A stretch of DNA of 63,997 bases, filler included, from Streblomastix strix (taxonomy: Eukaryota), in NCBI GenBank assembly GCA_008636045.1. It is 3 parts of 3 records of this genome, joined end to end, with 100 filler letters (N's around TTAATTAATTAA, not from the genome) between each part and the next. Parts side by side here need not be neighbours in the genome. Positions count along the whole stretch, not along the records: positions 44,670 to 63,997 come from SNRW01000522.1; 2 more parts are not named here. One strand, written 5' to 3'. Below are positions 58,320-63,997 of the stretch, piece by piece. Numbering within the stretch: position 1 is the first letter of the stretch; each line of letters starts with the position of its first letter. The notes under the pieces are model-generated. The model made no database searches, had not been told where the DNA came from, and saw only the letters and a list, made by a program, of their open reading frames with translations. The position numbers and the translations under genes were made by a program.

Positions 58320-59530
58320 TCAAAGCAGGAGAGCAGGAAGTACCAAAACTGCTGCAATTAAGCCAAGTGCTGCACGAACTACTGAGACACCACTTCCGAA
58401 GACTTATATGGTTTCAAAGAATGGAATATCATAAGTTACTCCTTCGGCACCTTCTCCTACTGTAATCTTCAGTGGCTTTCCTACTCCGATGTCTTTCCCT
58501 GCTTGTTTAAAGTCTTAATCTCTAAAATCATCAATCTCAATCAAAGCGGTTTCATTCCATCCAACAATTAGTCCACCAATGTATCCATAATTAGCAAATC
58601 CTGGATGAGACCCGCCTTCAACTGTGGAATCAGATCTCAAGTAGTATCCAGTTACTCTGACAGGACCAAAACGGAGAATTGCTCTTTTCAATGTGGTTAG
58701 GTTTCCATTGACTATTGTCCCAAAGCTGTATTTCTTGTAATAAGCTTTGAATCCAGCACTGCATGTGTCTTCCTGGATTGGCGATGATCCATTGAGCAAA
58801 TCCCAATAATATTGTTAACCAGTACTCGTTGGCAAAGATGCATCCCATCCTTTGATCTTTGAGAAGTCATTGGGTACACATTCATCACTGACTACTCCAT
58901 AATTGTACAAACTTGCATATACAAAAGTATCTATGCTTCCCCTTTGGCAATTCATGTTTAGATCTTATTTGTATCTGTATCTAATTCCATTTACACCATC
59001 AATATCATAACTATTGAAATTGAATGTATTGTCCCTTCCAGTAACATATGCAGCTTTTGGTTGTTTGTAGAGCGTGTAAGCATATGATGGGAAGAAATCG
59101 TCTTCGTTGAGGAAATATGCTGTAAATCCGATTTAAGCAAGGGTATCTAATGGAATTGAAAAACCAGGAACTGGTAAAGTAGTGACGCATCTTCCAGGAT
59201 AACTGCTTAGTTCTTCAGTGGTTAATTTCCTGGATATCTTCAATGTTGGTACTTTGGCTGCATCAATGGCAATATAACTAGCATCATCCTCTTTCCCATC
59301 ACCTTTCACTTTTGCCTTGTCCAAGGTGGAATATCCATATCCATAGTCATTAGTACATTCCCATGCATCATTTAGAAGACCATCTTTATCCCATGTTGGA
59401 TGCTAACTATTCCAGAAGATTCCCTCAAGATTGTGTTTAGGTACTTCTGCTTCTGAATTTACGTACTTAACTGTGATCTTAGCTTAGATTGAGAGTGCAG
59501 CGAGAGCAATGACCAGTAAATTGAATGCCC
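58320..59530 (-). CDS. Divergent papain/cathepsin-like surface protein with signal peptide and C-terminal GPI/TM-like tail; first exon not resolved
   Basis: LLVIALAALSIQA; NCQRGSIDT..LYNYGVVSDECVP; LKRAILRFGPV; LIVGWNE; ends GSGVSVVRAALGLIAAVLVLPALLL-TGA. Confidence 0.75.
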
Positions 59531-60687
59531 TATAAAAAATTAAAAATAAATAAATGAAAGTTTATATTGACTATTTTCGCAATAATATTTTATTATTTTG
59601 CAAAATTTGTGTTACTAAACTTATCTTCAAATTAACTGGAATACTAGATTCCATGAATTATCAAAAGTAGGTATTGGTTCGGGCTACACATTAGTGTTAT
59701 TTAATTTGGCTTGGTTCTATATAACAACAACTTCTTATAGGCTCATTCACTACTATTAACCTTTAATACACCCTCCTGCATCTCCCTATCGGTACTGCTC
59801 ATACATGATTGGTTTTTTAACAATTTCTAAGGGCCAGATCAAGCATATCATCGTTATTTTATCAAAAAAAAAATTATTCTTTTTTTTAATATAATTTATA
59901 TTATTTATAAATTTAGTAAAGTCATTAATCTATGCTATTTCCTAAATTTAGTCCTGATAAATAAAAAGAAACGCAACCATATCTACTTTCATCAATAAAT
60001 AAGCAATTTTATTGGATCTGCTCTCTATCATACCTCAACCGTATTAAATGAAGGTACTGTAGCAAAAAAATGAAATTCACGCTATTTTTTCCCAGATTCT
60101 AGACATATATATGTAGCATTAGTCACCATTTTTTTACTATAATAAAGCGGAGTGGAGAAGCTATGTTACTATAATCATAATCTGAGAATGTAAATATTGA
60201 ATATTCTACCGTAAAGAAAGATGATGATGAAGATAACACTGCTAAGATGATGATTATTAATTATTTATTGATATACTTTAAAATTTTGCAAAATTATTAT
60301 TAATGATTAATAATATTATTAATAAATCAAAAAATATTCTAGTTAGAATAATTATTAATATTATACTGAAGAATGATGAAATATGATTGAAATTCTAATC
60401 GTTAAATATCGTTAATTGGATCAATAGTAATTGTTGAATATAATTTCTTTAGAAGAAACTTGCATTTTTTCAATGCAATCAATGAAATTGAAGTGAGATT
60501 GTTGCAATTGAATTATATCTGGTAATTTTCATACCAAATTTTACTAATATTCATGATATTACTGTCTTCATCGTAAGTAATTTCATATGATAAGTTTAGA
60601 ACTTCAATATCGTAAAAAAAATTAAAAGTATTTTTGATAATACATCTTATTAAATGTCAAAGTTTGTAAGGAGTTCAGGAAAATTAG

Positions 60688-61039
60688 ATAAAAAATTCAG
60701 ATTTTTATCGTTTAATTTTAAAAAATCAAATGCTATAAAATAAAAAATCAATACAGATCATATTGCTCATTGCGTTCTTTAGTTCATTGCGAACGTTCTA
60801 GGCTCCTTATAGTCAAACAAGAGATAATGTCTCCACTTATTTTTAATGGAGGTCATCCTAAAAGGAAATGGATCGATCGACTTAATGGGAGATAAATATG
60901 AGTAACTTAATGGAATAGCAAACTGTGAAATGGCGGATTGGCGCGCCGATACTAAAGTGGATCTACGCATGCGTTTACACATCCACATGTCGAACTCTAT
61001 GAGATGACCGTACTCTTCTTGATATTGTTACAATCAGCT
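60688..61039 (+). repeat. Dispersed direct repeat, copy 2, abutting DIRS-type sequence
   Basis: Contiguous match to 57408-57457 plus 57997-58300. Confidence 0.92.
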
Positions 61040-61470
61040 TGGAACAGTATTGAAGCAACTCAATCCGGAGTAGAAAGTTTAGATGCAGGGCGACTGGAGT
61101 AAGAAAAAGAGGTTACAAAGTAGTAACCAATGGAGTACTGCAACCGTCCTTTACATAATATCTTGTTCAAAAGCTTTCTTAAAAGAAAAGCAGAATACGA
61201 TTCTTGATTCTCTTTCCAGATTAGCGATCTCTGGTGGCTATTCAATTTTAAACGAGGAGTTTCACAACATATTCATCTAATTTAAGATGGGACCTACAAT
61301 AGACATATTTTGCAACAGGAGAAACAGATAGTTCAAACGATATATTGGTATATTTTATGATCGCTCAGCGGTAGCGCAGGATTGCTTATCGATATCATGG
61401 AGATTGGAAGTTCAGTACCTTCATCCTGCAAGATTCATGATATTAACAGACGGGAAGTTATTGATCCCAA
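61040..61470 (+). pseudogene. DIRS-type retroelement RNase H / methyltransferase-like remnant with internal deletion
   Basis: LGTVLK..GDWSKKKRLQSSNQWSTATV..QNTILDSLSRLAISGGY..PTIDIFCNRRNR..AVAQDCLSISW..YLHP. Confidence 0.75.
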
Positions 61471-61539
61471 GAGGAAGAAAGAAGAAGCGGAATAAATACT
61501 TCTCACCAGAAAAGATATCACTCCGAGTTAGAACTTACC

Positions 61540-62900
61540 TCCTGGCGGAAATGAGCTCCTCTTTTGGTTTATTGGATTAAGAGCGTGCATATGGAGCCCA
61601 GTTCGTTTTCAAACAATAGATATCGAGTCAATTGGATTAATACCCAGCACGGTACTCATCATGCAGTTCATAGGACCAATTTGTATCGAATATCATTCGT
61701 AGGGATGCCATCAATATGCTTGATAAGGAAAGATATGAGATTCTTGCAAAAAAAAACTTCAATCATATAGAAATTGACCCCGAGGATCCTGACATAGAGT
61801 GAAAGATTTAAATACAATCTATATACCTTATAATTAAAGCGAAGCACCCTGAAATGTCCAGCTGAACTAGCAATATTAAAGAAAAAAATAGAAATCACCT
61901 CAATTTGAGCCGTATGAAGCAGTGGATGAGTTTTCACAACTGGGAAAACAATTTATTCACATGATAAAAGATGTTGGTGCTGTATCTCATGATGTTAATG
62001 AGCAATTAGTGCCTAAAACTAAAGTTAAGCCTAGTCGATCCAGAAGAAAAGGTTCATCAATATATAATTATCATCAAGACGAGCCGTACTCATCGTGACA
62101 TCATCATAAGCGTCTTAAGCGGGCACACATGTCAATTTCATCTTCAACATCAAGTTCTAGGTCGATTTCTACACATACTCACGAATCCAAAGATGAAACT
62201 CAGCTTAGGAAATTCCTTGTTGAGGCGATTGGAGTTGATAAACGTAAGATCAAACCAGGAAACGTTCAGCCAAGATAGCACTGGCCACATAATGCTGAAA
62301 CTCATCATTGGAGAATAGAGAATATATAGCCTTCATATGAACTGTGACTATATTTGCCTGCAGAAGGTACTCATACCTATATTGAGCTTGCGAAAGCTAT
62401 TTCAACAATTTGAAGTTCTCTATTTAATGCATTATATGTTGGTCAAACTGGTGAATCTGTAAAAAAAATATATAATCGATTTATATCTTCTGACATTAAC
62501 TGCAGGAGCAAGTTTAAGGTGATCCAAGAGGCTGTGAATTTTTCATAATTGAAAAGGAACCATGTCCTGAATCACCATTCTAACAACATGTCAAGTCAAA
62601 CTCAACTGGAACTTGAGCAAGAAGCAAAAATACATGCTAATAATAAGAGTTATGTCAGTGGCACGTAAATAGATGTCAATTATCATAAGAAAAAGGATGA
62701 CAGAGAATAAAATTATAAGAGCAGAGAAAGTAGATACAACTATAAATGACCAATAATGACTAATATAACCTAGAAGTAAACGTGTCAACTTGCTAAAGTA
62801 TTATTCGAACCAATTTTCACTTAAAATGAACCACAATAATTCTCTCATAATAAATTTGGGTGACTAATTGTCCAAATAAACACCATGAGTTTATAAAAAA
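61540..62900 (+). pseudogene. Probable gag-like ORF1 remnant of a DIRS-type element
   Basis: Coding-like, GC-elevated, intronless and disrupted, directly upstream of the RT; assignment is by position only. Confidence 0.4.
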
Positions 62901-63930
62901 TTTCCCGTCCTACTTTTAATAATAATTTAATTTAAATTATGTAGCATATGGCTACAACAGAGCATTCACAGGGACATTTGGATTCCAAAGTTACCCCAAC
63001 ATGAATAAGTCTCCTTTAATTCAAGAGTGAATGGTAAAAGTTATGAGCAAAAGTTGTGAAAGAACAAGGTACGAGAATATTTTGGAGTGTAAAATGGAGT
63101 TAAAATAGATTTATAAAATTTATAGCGAAAACGGATTTTTATAGTATACTAGGGCAGGTTTCCAAGTAAATGGGTATCATTAATTAGGAACTTAAAGGTC
63201 AAGTGATAAATTAAGAGTCAGATAATTAGGTTTTCTTCTATAATTCTATATTCAGTGTGCAGAAAAAGAGAGTGAAATGGCAGAAGATCCTCGAATGTCG
63301 GATATTCAATCGACAGATTTAAGTTGAATCATTCAAGATGGAAGGTGTGAGAGAAAATAGAGACATAATCCAACAAGCAAACTATGCAACTAGTCCGAAT
63401 CTTCACAAATCATATCACCATTTCGCTGTTCCAATCTAAATTAGGTCATTTCTAGATTTTTACTTCGAGAAGAAGAGTTATCGGTATATAGGCATGTCTT
63501 TCGGCGTAGCTGTAGCATCGAGAATATTTACAAAGACTCTGATGATGGCAATTACGGAAATACGTAAGCGATGGAAAGAAATTTGAATCATTATTTACTC
63601 CAACGGCATTCTTCTTCTACATTAATAAAACGCAGTTCTTCAATATGCATCATGTCAGATCAAGAGATATTTAGAAATAGTGGGATGGCAGATTACGGAT
63701 GAGAAGAGCACGCTAGCACCAATGCAAATATTTCAATACCTCGGAAGGTAATAGAGTTTAATAAATCAGACATTGCTCATGACAAGGGAGAGGAGATGAT
63801 TGATCATATCGAAGCTGAAAAGACACACCAAACTGGCGTTAATGAGACAGTATTTCAAGATAAGAAAGTTAGCTAGTATTCAGGGTGAAATGACCTAATT
63901 TAGATTGGAACAGCGAAATGGTGATATGAT
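62900..63930 (+). pseudogene. Degenerate DIRS-type reverse transcriptase
   Basis: DIIQQANYATSPNLHKSYHHF..YRYIGMSFGVAVASRIFTKTL..IIIYSNGILLL (YxDD decayed)..GWQITDEKSTLAP..FQYLG. Confidence 0.85.
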
Positions 63931-63997
63931 TTGTGAAGATTCGGACTAGTTGCATAGTTTGCTTGTTGGATTATGTCTCTATTTTCTCTCACACCTT

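Overview
Very AT-rich eukaryotic DNA made of three separate contigs joined by 100-bp N/TTAATTAATTAA spacers (1-22253, 22354-44569, 44670-63997). Genes carry short AT-rich GT-AG introns and use a variant code (TAA/TAG = Gln, TGA = stop), so most of the supplied standard-code ORF track is spurious. This code plus intron density and DIRS-type elements best fits an oxymonad such as Streblomastix (inference). Host genes: FtsX/MacB-like permease, secretory cyclophilin, MYG1, P4-ATPase flippase, LCAT/PLA2G15-like acyltransferase, a Ub-Ub-SUMO-like protein, a probably inactive papain-like surface protein and several low-complexity proteins. Mobile DNA: a decayed ~8-kb Polinton/Maverick-like element written in the host code (protein-primed PolB with an HNH-like insert, an HNH endonuclease plus a nuclease-less paralog, a DDE integrase), hAT remnants, a MITE-like foldback and a decayed DIRS-type retroelement. 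A possible structured ncRNA lies after the cyclophilin gene. All translations were done by eye and exon boundaries are approximate unless stated.
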